Shown here piece by piece: positions 1-8,841 of a DNA stretch of 41,009 nucleotides (position 1 is its first letter; every line of letters starts with the position of its first letter). Source of the stretch: a virus; IMG/VR virus record IMGVR_UViG_3300045988_051111. The stretch is one strand, 5' to 3'. Below the pieces are notes generated by a model. It made no database searches, had not been told where the DNA came from, and saw nothing but the letters and a program-made list of their open reading frames with translations. The position numbers and the translations under genes are program-made.

Positions 1-119
1 ACATCCTCTCCTTCCCGCCCCCGAGTCAAGGGCAAATAGAAAAGCCATCCCGAAATGGGATGGCTTTGAAAACCGGTGTGAAAATCAATGCCTGTGCGCG
101 CCATGATTGAATATGATGA
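1..119. repeat. Terminal direct repeat, copy 1 (identical to 40891-41009)
   Basis: I compared the two ends directly and found them identical over 119 bp. Confidence 0.95.
41..67 (-). terminator. Intrinsic terminator ending the tail operon
   Basis: 11-bp perfect stem aaagccatccc/gggatggcttt with a 5-nt loop. On the minus strand it is followed by tttctattt. A second copy lies at 40931-40957. Confidence 0.6.
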
Positions 120-171
120 CGAGCGCGAGCAACAGCAGCCATATGCCGCCTGCGATCATGAGATGCGTCAT
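85..171 (-). CDS. Small hydrophobic peptide (28 aa, MTHLMIAGGIWLLLLALVIIFNHGAHRH)
   Basis: ATGA overlap with the upstream stop at 168-170. Single TM-like segment. Too short to appear in the ORF track. Confidence 0.3.
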   Translation of the reverse strand: MTHLMIAGGIWLLLLALVIIFNHGAHRH

Positions 172-557
172 TGCCGGTCCTCCAAATATTTTTCGGCGGC
201 GTTGACGATCCAGCATTGCGCGTCCAATTTCTCAAGCTTCGCCAACTCGTATCGGACGGCCTCGCTATGGTCATGCGACTGGTCGCCGTAGATCAGGCTG
301 ATGATCGTGTTCTTGATCGTGTCCCGGCAGAGCTCGTCCATACGGTCGTCGATCTTCGCCGTCCGCTCTCCCAAGGTCCGCGTTTTCGCGAAATGCTGGG
401 AAAGCGGACTGTCGTATGGCAGGCGTTCGGGTCTTACGTGCGCGTACAGGCCGGTCGCCAACGCGTCCAAAGCGCCCGGCCATATCCTGAGCAGCAGGGT
501 GATGAGGGCGCACGCGCCGCCCACACCGCCGAAACCAGCTAGAAATGTCTGAAACAC
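168..557 (-). CDS. Hypothetical protein with N-terminal TM anchor (about 129 aa)
   Basis: Lies in ORF 168..605. A GTG at 557 is preceded by AAGGAGA 6 nt upstream. The N-terminus FLAGFGGVGGACALITLLL is hydrophobic. Confidence 0.5.
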   Translation of the reverse strand: MFQTFLAGFGGVGGACALITLLLRIWPGALDALATGLYAHVRPERLPYDSPLSQHFAKTRTLGERTAKIDDRMDELCRDTIKNTIISLIYGDQSHDHSEAVRYELAKLEKLDAQCWIVNAAEKYLEDRQ

Positions 558-576
558 ATTACGTCTCCTTAAAAAA

Positions 577-1065
577 TCAGTTTTGCAGCGGCATGAGACC
601 GCCATACAGTGCGTCCATTTTCGGGACGAGCTTCTTGTATTCCTGCCAATCCGCCTGTGTCATCAGATTGATTGCCGAGAATCGCAGCGGATGATTCAAC
701 GGACACTTCAACTGGATGTGTTGCGCATCATCCATATGAAAATCAAAACCAAGGAATGTGTTTCCGCTTGTATTGTCATGAGGAAGCAGAACTCCCCAGT
801 TATTTGCTGCGTTGGATACGTAGCAGATACCATTCTCATGCCATCTGCTACCTTCCGGCACTTGGGAAACCCAGAAGTTCAGATGGAAATCACCGGAGAC
901 CGGTTCGCCCAGTCGGATATCGGCACTAGGATTGACAGCGCCGCTGTTCGGCGTAACGATCATGCCATCAGGGTCAACATGCTGTACGGTCGTCTGGTAT
1001 GTCGAGATGGCACTGTTCGGGAGCATGAGGAGTGGATCTGGAATCAGATTCGTTACCAGGCTCAT
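577..1065 (-). CDS. Receptor-binding/carbohydrate-binding-like tail protein, paralogue C (162 aa)
   Basis: N-terminal TNLIPDP motif and C-terminal WQEY...GGLMPLQN motif, both shared with the two upstream genes. Position is distal to Tal. Confidence 0.55.
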   Translation of the reverse strand: MSLVTNLIPDPLLMLPNSAISTYQTTVQHVDPDGMIVTPNSGAVNPSADIRLGEPVSGDFHLNFWVSQVPEGSRWHENGICYVSNAANNWGVLLPHDNTSGNTFLGFDFHMDDAQHIQLKCPLNHPLRFSAINLMTQADWQEYKKLVPKMDALYGGLMPLQN

Positions 1066-1084
1066 GCCACCACCCCCAAGAGGG

Positions 1085-1450
1085 TCAGGCGAGCGGCATC
1101 GTATTCCCGGTGAAATATCCGATGCTGTCGAGCAGGGTCTTGTTCGCCTGATACTCGTCCCACGTGCAGATGAGAATATTCGTCACTGTGACGGTCGGAT
1201 TGCCTGACTTGACGGAATAATACATTGACATCGGACCGGCCAAGCTGGCGGTCAACGCGTAGCTGACACGTTGGCTTGCACTGAGGTCGCCATACGCTCT
1301 CATCGAGATAGTGCCGCCGGTGACGTTCACATAGGCGCTGACCAGATATTTCGTCCCTGGCTTGTTCGGAATGGTCGTGATATCCACCCAACGGCCTGCC
1401 GACAGGGTGATGGTCGAGGATGGTCTCGTGCATAGGTTCGTTACCATCAT
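1085..1450 (-). CDS. Receptor-binding-like tail protein, paralogue B (121 aa)
   Basis: N-terminus VTNLCTRPS. C-terminus WDEYQANKTLLDSIGYFTGNTMPLA. Composition is beta-rich. Confidence 0.55.
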   Translation of the reverse strand: MMVTNLCTRPSSTITLSAGRWVDITTIPNKPGTKYLVSAYVNVTGGTISMRAYGDLSASQRVSYALTASLAGPMSMYYSVKSGNPTVTVTNILICTWDEYQANKTLLDSIGYFTGNTMPLA

Positions 1451-1477
1451 CGGGCATCACCGTCCCGGTGCGCGGCG

Positions 1478-1922
1478 TCAGCCGAGTGGCATGGTGTCGC
1501 CGGAGAAGAAGCGAGGATACCCCCCCCCCGAGCGCCGCGTCATACGTCGAGGCGAGCTCCAACTGGGGTTGCGAGTACACTCCTTGGTTAAAAAACACGA
1601 CGCGGTTTTTCTTCTGGCTGCCCGTTGCGGGCGCGGTGAGCCGGATGACGATCATCCCGTTGCCGTCCGGGACGGTGTTCGAGGAGTACAGTTCGCCGAT
1701 GACGAGCATGACAGAGCCTCTGCCGTTCTCTGACCTGACGCTAAACACGTACTCGGCGCCGGGGTTCAGCTCGGGGACGTGCAGCTCGTCGTACCCCTGA
1801 GATCGCGACGGTCGGAGCGTGCCGTCACCGGGCATGTCATTCGCGTAGTCGATGCCCCACGCGCCGAGCGAGGCGCCGTTACGGTCGAACCGTGGATTGG
1901 GATACCAGTTAATCCTCTGCAT
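1478..1922 (-). CDS. Receptor-binding-like tail protein, paralogue A, interrupted by a G10 tract (G9 would give 147 aa ending ...GGGYPRFFSGDTMPLG)
   Basis: ATG at 1922 follows AAGGAG. N-terminus is MQRINWYPNPRFD. As written, the frame runs on to 1062 through a low-quality R/H-rich sequence that overlaps paralogue B. Confidence 0.55.
1520..1529 (-). repeat. Homopolymer G10 (C10 on the plus strand) inside paralogue A
   Basis: Counted directly: c at 1520 plus nine c at 1521-1529. Confidence 0.95.
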
Positions 1923-2079
1923 GATTCTCCTTATCGAGACTGTCGAGCACATCCTGCGGGATCAGTTTCATGACCGCCGCGAGTTGGCTGGTGAGGATCG
2001 CTATCTGCTTGTTGAGTGTGCCGATCTGTTGCGAGAGCTGGTCGATGACGGTGTTCGCGTCGGCTGGAATCTGAGTCAA
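1909..2079 (-). CDS. Small coiled-coil-like protein (56 aa, TTG start)
   Basis: AAAGGAG lies 5 nt upstream of the TTG at 2079. Sequence is MTQIPADANTVIDQLSQQIGTLNKQIAILTSQLAAV... Its 3' end overlaps the next ATG. Confidence 0.4.
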   Translation of the reverse strand: MTQIPADANTVIDQLSQQIGTLNKQIAILTSQLAAVMKLIPQDVLDSLDKENHAED

Positions 2080-2156
2080 AATGTCTCCTTTTTAATGCGG
2101 AACCCCCACAATCCGATTGGATTGCAGGGGTTGAAAAACTGGGTGAAAAGCAGGGG

Positions 2157-2471
2157 TCAGTCGGCGGCGGTCATCGTGTCGATACGGGTCACGGCCTTAA
2201 GCTCGTCCAAGGTGAGGGTGCGTCCGAGATTCGTCTTAACATCCGTCACTTTGACGGATGTGCCGGAATCGTCGAACGTGGCGAGCACGCCGCGCTGGTA
2301 GTCGCGCCACGATTCGGCGGTGCCGTCAGCGCTGGAAAACTCCAATCCCAATCGGCACAATTCCGCGCGCACCGACTCCTTCGGCGGACGCAAATCAAGC
2401 ACGCCAGACGGCTCGGCGGGCGTCACGGTAGGCGAGGTATCGGTAGTGGTCTCAGTGGTCACATCGGTCAT
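2157..2471 (-). CDS. Hypothetical tail-region protein (104 aa)
   Basis: Internal ATG of ORF 2157..2537, with AAGGAG 7 nt upstream. Confidence 0.55.
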   Translation of the reverse strand: MTDVTTETTTDTSPTVTPAEPSGVLDLRPPKESVRAELCRLGLEFSSADGTAESWRDYQRGVLATFDDSGTSVKVTDVKTNLGRTLTLDELKAVTRIDTMTAAD

Positions 2472-2482
2472 AATCAATCTCC

Positions 2483-3067
2483 TTAATTCTGTTGGTTTTG
2501 TCTTGGCATGAGCGCTTCGTAAAAGCGTTCCTCGCATTCGTCCAGCATCGCCTGACTGGATTCATCCTCAAGGAAGGCGTCCAATCCATCGACATCCTGC
2601 GTACAGGCCACGTCGATGCCACTCGACGCTTCCGGTGCGGAAGCGTCAGCAGCCAATGCGGCGCACATTCGCGCGTCGGTCTCATTCGACATGACCGGCA
2701 ATCGCAGCCCGGCGCGCGTCCTGTTTCGTGCGGCTGTCAGCGGATCGTCCAACACTTCCCCATCGGCGGCGAGCATGCTCACGTCTGTCGCGGAATCGGC
2801 CAAAGCGTTTTCCAACGCTTCGAACGCCCCGGTCCACACGCCACGCCCCGTCGAAGGATCGTATCGGCTCGTGTCCTCCCTGCCCTGCATGATCGCCGCG
2901 ATCGCCTCACGGGTCGAAGCCAACCCGAGCAGCGCCTTCCACGATGCGAGCACCTCAGGCATGAACACGAAACTGTTCGACCCGTTCACCGGCGGATCGC
3001 ATCGGATGATGCACAATCCGTTCGCATCCCGTTCGAAAGTCGATGACAAGATTTTCCCTCCAATCAT
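2483..3067 (-). CDS. Hypothetical tail-region protein (about 194 aa)
   Basis: ATG at 3067 overlaps the Tal stop (AAATGA). An alternative TTG start follows GGAGGG. Confidence 0.55.
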   Translation of the reverse strand: MIGGKILSSTFERDANGLCIIRCDPPVNGSNSFVFMPEVLASWKALLGLASTREAIAAIMQGREDTSRYDPSTGRGVWTGAFEALENALADSATDVSMLAADGEVLDDPLTAARNRTRAGLRLPVMSNETDARMCAALAADASAPEASSGIDVACTQDVDGLDAFLEDESSQAMLDECEERFYEALMPRQNQQN

Positions 3068-6000
3068 TTGACCAGATAGGCCAGGTATTCTGCGTACACT
3101 TCGACCGGGCACGGCTGGTCGGCGTTGAAAAGCTTCAGGTTGAAGCCGCTCTGACCGCCCGTGCTGGTGGGATGCGCGATGATGCCGGCCCATTCCGAAT
3201 CCGCGTTCGCGACCGCATAATAGCGGCCGTATTTCGTCGGACTGAGCCTGCAAGTGATTTGCGCTGATGCGCCGGTCGGGATGCTATGGCCGGGGTTCGG
3301 CCACCACGCCTTCCACGCGGCGCCGGATTGGAAGGTGGACCTGTTCGCGATGCCGCCGAGAAAGCCGCCGAGATACAAATATCCGGTCGCGATGTTCGCT
3401 CCGACTCCGACCCTGCCGTTCGCGTCGCGCGCTTGGAGCCAGACCCTCGCACCGTTCACGCTATCGTAGGACAAATCGAGCGACGCACTGGCAGTTTTGC
3501 TCTCGTCGGGCTCGTCGTAATTACTGTCCGCCATGGCGTACACCTCGGACGCGATACCGCCGCTTCCGGTGCCGCCCCGCTCGCGTGGCTTGGATCCCAG
3601 ACGCAGGAAAGACGCCGGGTCGTTCTTTTTGACGTGTCCGCTCCAAAAATCCAAGACGCTCATCTCGCCGACATCGTTCGACTGGACGGCCGATGCGATG
3701 GCCGGAAACCTGTAGTATTCGCTGTTCGACGAGTCACAGGCCACGAATTCCACTCCGTCACCGATAGACTTTTCCGCTCCGCCAATGACACCGGTCGCGT
3801 AGTCCGGAGAAATACGCACCCTATGCCCGCTAACGCGGGTCTGGAACGTGCCGGTCAGCAGGTTCGACCTGCCCTCGCCGTCCAGAATGACGGTCTGGTT
3901 GTGGTTCGAATCCCACATCCGCAGGCCCGTCGAATTGAGCTTCACGCCAGTGTTCGCAGCCTCGGAGCTTTGGAATATCGCGCCGGTGAAGACGTAGCCT
4001 CGGAACTGGCCAGCGGCCACCTTGTCGGACGTGATCGTTCCAGCCGCGATCTTCACAGCGGTCACCGAATTGGCGGCGAGCTTGTCCGTGGTGATCGCGC
4101 CGGATACTATCTTGTCGGCGTTGACCGCGTTGGCGGCGAGTTTGTCGGCGTTAACGCTGTTGGAGGCCAGCTTGTCGGTCGTGACAGCGCCAGCCACGAT
4201 GTCGCCAGCCTGAATCTTATGGACATTCAGGAGCGCCACGGTCATGTCCTCCGTCACGCGGAGCTTCGCGGTCGTGACCGAGTTCGCGGCCAATTTGTCG
4301 GTGGTGATGGCGAGCGAGACGATGTTGCGTGCCTGCACCGAGTCGGCTGCGAGCTTCGCGGCGGTCACCGCGTCGGCCACCAGCTTCTCAGCGGTCACGC
4401 TGTTGGCGGCGAGCTTGTCCGTGGTGATCGCATTGGCCTTGACCTTCTCGGCGGTCACGGAGTCCACGGCGAGATGCTTCGCGGCCACGGTTCCAGACGC
4501 GAGAATGTTGTTCGCCACGAGGTCAAAAGGTTCGAAGCGCGTGCCGTCCCACGTCAGGACTTCAACGACGCGATCTGCAAGCGGCACCAAAACGCTTGGA
4601 GAAGCATTGGGCGCACCCTGCCAGTACGTGTAGAAGTCGGCCATGAGGCTGGGCGAATTGTTCTTCTCGCCCTTCCAGCGCGTCCAATATTTTTGGGTGC
4701 GCCACCACATGTCGCCCGGCTTCAGCCCATCATGCGCGGGTTCGTCCGGGCCACGGTAGATGAGGTTCTTGCCGTCCGCCGTGGTCTGCGCCTTTCTCGC
4801 GGCGGCCTGCGCCTGATTCGCCTGCGCGGCCGCGTTCGCGGCTGTGGTCTGAGCCTTGTCAGCCGTTGATTGCGCCGTCTGCGCGGCAGCATGTGCCTTG
4901 ACAGCCGCATTGGCCGCATCGGTGGCCGCCTTGTCCGTCACCGCCGACCATGTGCCGCCGTTCCACCGTTTCGGCGTGTTAGCGCCATTCGTCGTGTCTA
5001 TCCACAGTGTCGTGGACTTGCGCATCGACGCATCCGGAGCAGTGGACTGGATGAGCACGTCGGCCTTGCCGTTCGCCACGCCAGCGGCGGCGGCAGCAGC
5101 CGTATTCGCCTTCTGCGCGGCATTCGCCGCATCGGTGGCGGACTGGGCCGCACTGTCAGCCGTGGCTTTCGCTTGGGTCGCAACGCTCGAAGCATTGACT
5201 GCTGTGGACTTGGCGGCATTGGCGGACTCATTGGCAGTATTCGCCAGAGTCTGCGCATTGCCAGCCGTCTTCTTCGCGCTCTCGGCGGCGGTCTGTGCCG
5301 CGTTGGCGGCATCCTTCGCCTGACCTGCGGTGACGGTGGCACTCTTGGCGGCAGTCTGGGCGGCATCCGCCGTTGACTGGGCCGTGCCTGCGGCGCTCTT
5401 CGCACTGTCTGCCGTGCCCTGCGCGTTTTTCGCTGCGGCAGCGGCATTCTCAGCGGCCTTCTTCGCGTCGGTGGTCTTCGCCGCGTTGTCCGCGATATCC
5501 GACTTCGCCTGCTCGATCTGCTTCGCATTGTTCTCCACGTCGGCATAGCCCATGTGGTTCCACGCGGAGCCATCCCACACAAGCGTATCGACCACGCGAT
5601 CAGACAGAGGCACCAAGACGCTCGGACTGTTATTCGGAGTCCCCGTCCAGTAGGTGTAGAAGTCGGCAAGCATGGAAGGGCTGTTATTGGGCGTGCCCTT
5701 CCAGCGAGTCCAATACTTCTGCGTTTTGAGCCACAGGTCGCCGACGATGAGATTGTCCTTCGGCTCGTCGGGGCCGCGAAACGTATGGTTCTTGCTATGG
5801 GCTTCGGCATACGCCTGCGCCACCGACTCCTTCGCCTTGCTGATCTCGCCGTTCGCCGTGGTCAGGTCGCTTTTGGTCTGCGCGATGTCCTTCCGCGCCT
5901 GAGACAGATCGGCCTTGGCTTGCGAGAGCGTCTGATTCGCCGCATCAAGACCAGTCTTATTCGCCTGAATGTCCTTCTGGGCCTGCGTCAGCTTCGCCGT

Positions 6001-7914
6001 ATTATCCTTCAAAGCCGTCTGATTGTCAGCCAGGTCTTTTTGGATCTGCTTGACCTCTTCAGGCGAGACAGCCGAAGCCACCGTCACCGAGGCGACTGCC
6101 GACCAGTCGGACCTGTTGCCCGCATGGTCGACCGAACGAAGGGCGTAGGAGTGCTGTGACCCGGCTGCCAGACCGGTCACGAGATAATCGCCCTGACCGG
6201 ACTGGTTTGCGCTGATGACGGTCATGACGGCCGCATCGACGCCCTCGCCGACCTCAATATGGTCGAAGTCCGATTCCATCGACGCGCCAGTGCTTGTCCT
6301 GCCATCCCAATGGACGGTCACCACGCCAAGCTCGGACGCAAGCACCGGCTTCGACGGTACGGAGCATGGCGTCGTATCCGACTCCACAGTTGCCACCACG
6401 ACGGCCGACCATTCGCCGAGCTTGTCCGAATACGTCGGCACGGCCCTGACGCGCACCTCGATTTGCGTGCCGCAATCCAAGCCGCCGAAACCGAGCTGCG
6501 TCTTATCAGTCGTGCCTGCCGAATGCCAAGGCGCACCATCCACGTGCCTGCGCCACTCAATGGCGTAATTGCTGATCTCGATGGACGTGTTGTTCGTGGC
6601 TTCGGTCACGGCGGACCACGAAGCCGTGGCCAGACCATGCGCGAAACCATCCGCACCAATGTAGGCGTCGGTCTGCACGATCAATCCGAGAGGGGCCTTC
6701 GGCACGCGATGGTCACGGTCGGACGAGGCGGTCGTGCCGCCCTCGCTGCCGGCCAACGCGGCGCCACCGGTGATGCCCTTGATCTTCTTCGCCTGACGCA
6801 CGGAAGCGTCATACTTAATATCATTCAGAGCGATTGAGCAGGATAAGCCCTCGTTCTGGCGCATGCTCAGGTCGATTTCCTGCACGCGCACCTTCTCCCC
6901 ATGGGAGACGGTGGGGGCGGTAATCCAATCGCCAGCATGATAGTCAACGAGCGGCAGACTGTCCATGTCGGAAACGATGAGATCGCGCGTGTACTGGCCA
7001 CGCACTCTCGCCGCATCATCAAGCGTGGACTGCATGAATGCCTGCGCGGTATCCTTATCGGACACGCCACCCTGCGAGCTATAGGATTCCCACTTGCCCC
7101 AAGGCGTCGGAGCAGCCGGATTATCCATGCGAAAAAGCAGATTATTGTCACCCTCGACAAGGATGGTTGATGCCAGGTCGGCGATGGACTCCTCGAATGG
7201 GGCTTCGCTGATGTCACGAGCCAATTGCAGCACGACCTGCTTGCTTAGATCACGACTCAAAGCCGTGCTGTCCGCATTCCACATTTTCAGCGTGCGGCCG
7301 CTGGTGCGCCAGTCGCAGCCACCGCCATTGACCAGCGAGCTGAGAATGGTCTGCAGGTCGGTGCCGAGCGAATAATACAAAGTGTATTTTCTGTTCCAGG
7401 CATCACCATTCGAGTCTCTGGCGGTGTCGAAGCCGAGCGTCAGGCCGGTGGCCGCGCCGCCACGGGCCTTATTCTCGTCAAGGAGCGTCTTGAGAATCGT
7501 GCCCGGATTGGACGAATAAAATGGGCGCTTGCCCTTGTTGTCGCCGTCCGTGAGCAGATGGCTGGAATCGTTGTTCTCCGCCTTGCTCAGGAGCCAGCTG
7601 ATCGACTGGCCGGAATAGGTGACGGTCTTGGTACGGTCGTCCGTCTTGCCGCTGCGCCCAGTGATGACATAGCGAGCATTGTCCGGCTCGCGATAGCCGG
7701 TGCCGTCCGACACCTCCACGGCCACCTCGATACCGTCAGTAAGCTCACGGTCGAACGCCTGCGCGTCACCGGACAGCATCGAATACTCGATACTGATGGC
7801 ACCGTCATCATCGTGGAGCATCGACGCGCTGAAGCTCACCGGCTCCGCCAATACGCCGATACGTGCGCCGAAAGGCCTGTATGCCACCAGACGAGCATGC
7901 AAAGACTTGCCCAT
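3064..7914 (-). CDS. Tail-associated (Tal-like) giant tail tip/fibre protein, 1616 aa
   Basis: The N-terminus resembles siphophage Tal/prophage-tail proteins. It also has FN3-like segments, Ala/Gln-rich coiled coils, a duplicated roughly 80-aa module, xSVTAxKLAAN-type fibre repeats and a distinct C-terminal domain. Confidence 0.85.
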   Translation of the reverse strand: MGKSLHARLVAYRPFGARIGVLAEPVSFSASMLHDDDGAISIEYSMLSGDAQAFDRELTDGIEVAVEVSDGTGYREPDNARYVITGRSGKTDDRTKTVTYSGQSISWLLSKAENNDSSHLLTDGDNKGKRPFYSSNPGTILKTLLDENKARGGAATGLTLGFDTARDSNGDAWNRKYTLYYSLGTDLQTILSSLVNGGGCDWRTSGRTLKMWNADSTALSRDLSKQVVLQLARDISEAPFEESIADLASTILVEGDNNLLFRMDNPAAPTPWGKWESYSSQGGVSDKDTAQAFMQSTLDDAARVRGQYTRDLIVSDMDSLPLVDYHAGDWITAPTVSHGEKVRVQEIDLSMRQNEGLSCSIALNDIKYDASVRQAKKIKGITGGAALAGSEGGTTASSDRDHRVPKAPLGLIVQTDAYIGADGFAHGLATASWSAVTEATNNTSIEISNYAIEWRRHVDGAPWHSAGTTDKTQLGFGGLDCGTQIEVRVRAVPTYSDKLGEWSAVVVATVESDTTPCSVPSKPVLASELGVVTVHWDGRTSTGASMESDFDHIEVGEGVDAAVMTVISANQSGQGDYLVTGLAAGSQHSYALRSVDHAGNRSDWSAVASVTVASAVSPEEVKQIQKDLADNQTALKDNTAKLTQAQKDIQANKTGLDAANQTLSQAKADLSQARKDIAQTKSDLTTANGEISKAKESVAQAYAEAHSKNHTFRGPDEPKDNLIVGDLWLKTQKYWTRWKGTPNNSPSMLADFYTYWTGTPNNSPSVLVPLSDRVVDTLVWDGSAWNHMGYADVENNAKQIEQAKSDIADNAAKTTDAKKAAENAAAAAKNAQGTADSAKSAAGTAQSTADAAQTAAKSATVTAGQAKDAANAAQTAAESAKKTAGNAQTLANTANESANAAKSTAVNASSVATQAKATADSAAQSATDAANAAQKANTAAAAAAGVANGKADVLIQSTAPDASMRKSTTLWIDTTNGANTPKRWNGGTWSAVTDKAATDAANAAVKAHAAAQTAQSTADKAQTTAANAAAQANQAQAAARKAQTTADGKNLIYRGPDEPAHDGLKPGDMWWRTQKYWTRWKGEKNNSPSLMADFYTYWQGAPNASPSVLVPLADRVVEVLTWDGTRFEPFDLVANNILASGTVAAKHLAVDSVTAEKVKANAITTDKLAANSVTAEKLVADAVTAAKLAADSVQARNIVSLAITTDKLAANSVTTAKLRVTEDMTVALLNVHKIQAGDIVAGAVTTDKLASNSVNADKLAANAVNADKIVSGAITTDKLAANSVTAVKIAAGTITSDKVAAGQFRGYVFTGAIFQSSEAANTGVKLNSTGLRMWDSNHNQTVILDGEGRSNLLTGTFQTRVSGHRVRISPDYATGVIGGAEKSIGDGVEFVACDSSNSEYYRFPAIASAVQSNDVGEMSVLDFWSGHVKKNDPASFLRLGSKPRERGGTGSGGIASEVYAMADSNYDEPDESKTASASLDLSYDSVNGARVWLQARDANGRVGVGANIATGYLYLGGFLGGIANRSTFQSGAAWKAWWPNPGHSIPTGASAQITCRLSPTKYGRYYAVANADSEWAGIIAHPTSTGGQSGFNLKLFNADQPCPVEVYAEYLAYLVK
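4010..4505 (-). repeat. Coding tandem repeats (about 33-36 nt period; ITTDKLAANSVTAEKL-type) within Tal
   Basis: Recurring gcggcgagcttgtc(c/g)g(t/c)ggtgat units on the plus strand. The peptide is periodic. Confidence 0.7.
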
Positions 7915-7920
7915 GATTAA

Positions 7921-8826
7921 CTACTCCCATGATTGCAAAAACCGGCATGTCACCTTGTCGGTGCCGCCGGTCTGTCTGATATCGAGCCGATAGTCGCCGG
8001 AATCGATCGCGGGCCACACCTGCAACGGTTCGGTGGTCCAGTCGACGCCATTCGACGCATCCGTACCACCGGACCATGCGTCGGCATTGGCAGCCGTCCA
8101 CGCCTTGCGATTGGCCACATCGATAAAGAGGTAAGGTCGTGAGGCGTCACGCTGGCCGCCCCACATGAGGTTCGTGCCACTCACCGGATCCGCGATGGTA
8201 ACGCCAGTGGCCGCTCCGAAACGAAGCACCAGCATGCCGATCGGAGCGTTGGAAAGCCACCCCTCCGGCATGATGTCGAAAAGCTCGGACGGCCCGGCGT
8301 TAGGCAATCCCTGCCAGCGAGCCCAATACCCCTTGCCGCTCGGCTTGGAAACCCCGCCCGGCAGCAGCCTGCCACCCGACGCGGCCAACGTCGCCTCCTG
8401 CCACTGCACGCCACGCCAAAACACGTCCGGCAGTTGGAACACGGCGGTCATGACGCGCAGGTCGCGGAACGGGCGTTCGTCATCGTCCGGCTCGCAGCTC
8501 GTGCACACCGCTCTCGTGACCATGCTGCGAGAACTGCCGTCCTCCAAGGTCTCCGTCCTGCCGAGCGTGAGCTTCGCCGCATGCAGGCAACGGGCACGGA
8601 AACGCGAGATCAGCGCATCGGAATCCGCGCCCCACGCCGCGACCTTGATTGTCAGCTCCGGCGCGTCCAGCACCGGAATCGAGGAGCCTACGATGACGCC
8701 GCTGCGTCCGCTCACCTGCACCGTGTCAATGATCGGCGACAGCGACGTGTAATGCGTAGTGCCGACGATGACGCGCATCCGCTCGGAGTCGAGCGGCTGG
8801 CCGTTGAGCGAATAGCTGACTTTCAT
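7921..8826 (-). CDS. Distal tail protein (Dit-like), 301 aa
   Basis: Sits between TMP and Tal and has typical size. Contains a YWARWQGLPNAGPS motif that is also present in Tal. Confidence 0.65.
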   Translation of the reverse strand: MKVSYSLNGQPLDSERMRVIVGTTHYTSLSPIIDTVQVSGRSGVIVGSSIPVLDAPELTIKVAAWGADSDALISRFRARCLHAAKLTLGRTETLEDGSSRSMVTRAVCTSCEPDDDERPFRDLRVMTAVFQLPDVFWRGVQWQEATLAASGGRLLPGGVSKPSGKGYWARWQGLPNAGPSELFDIMPEGWLSNAPIGMLVLRFGAATGVTIADPVSGTNLMWGGQRDASRPYLFIDVANRKAWTAANADAWSGGTDASNGVDWTTEPLQVWPAIDSGDYRLDIRQTGGTDKVTCRFLQSWE

Positions 8827-8841
8827 TCGGATTCCTCCCGA

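Noticed and set aside
1062-1952. 296-aa ORF taken at face value as a single tail protein
   Set aside because: Its C-terminal half is out-of-frame relative to the well-formed paralogue B ORF and looks like nonsense. The break coincides with the G10 tract, and the in-frame start is at 1922.
577-3067. Invertible shufflon (Rin/Min-type) controlling RBP variants
   Set aside because: All candidate RBP genes are co-oriented. I found no nearby invertase or second tyrosine recombinase and no obvious inverted crossover repeats. The poly-G tract is the only switch-like element seen.
4010-4505. Regularly spaced repeats that could resemble a CRISPR array
   Set aside because: The repeats are in-frame coding repeats of the Tal fibre (ITTDKLAANSVTAEKL-type). 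They are imperfect, contiguous, have no unique spacers, and no cas genes are present.
4519-5781. Duplicated Tal module as a DGR template/variable repeat pair
   Set aside because: No reverse transcriptase is present in the genome. Both copies are coding and in frame within the same protein, and the differences are not visibly restricted to adenine positions.
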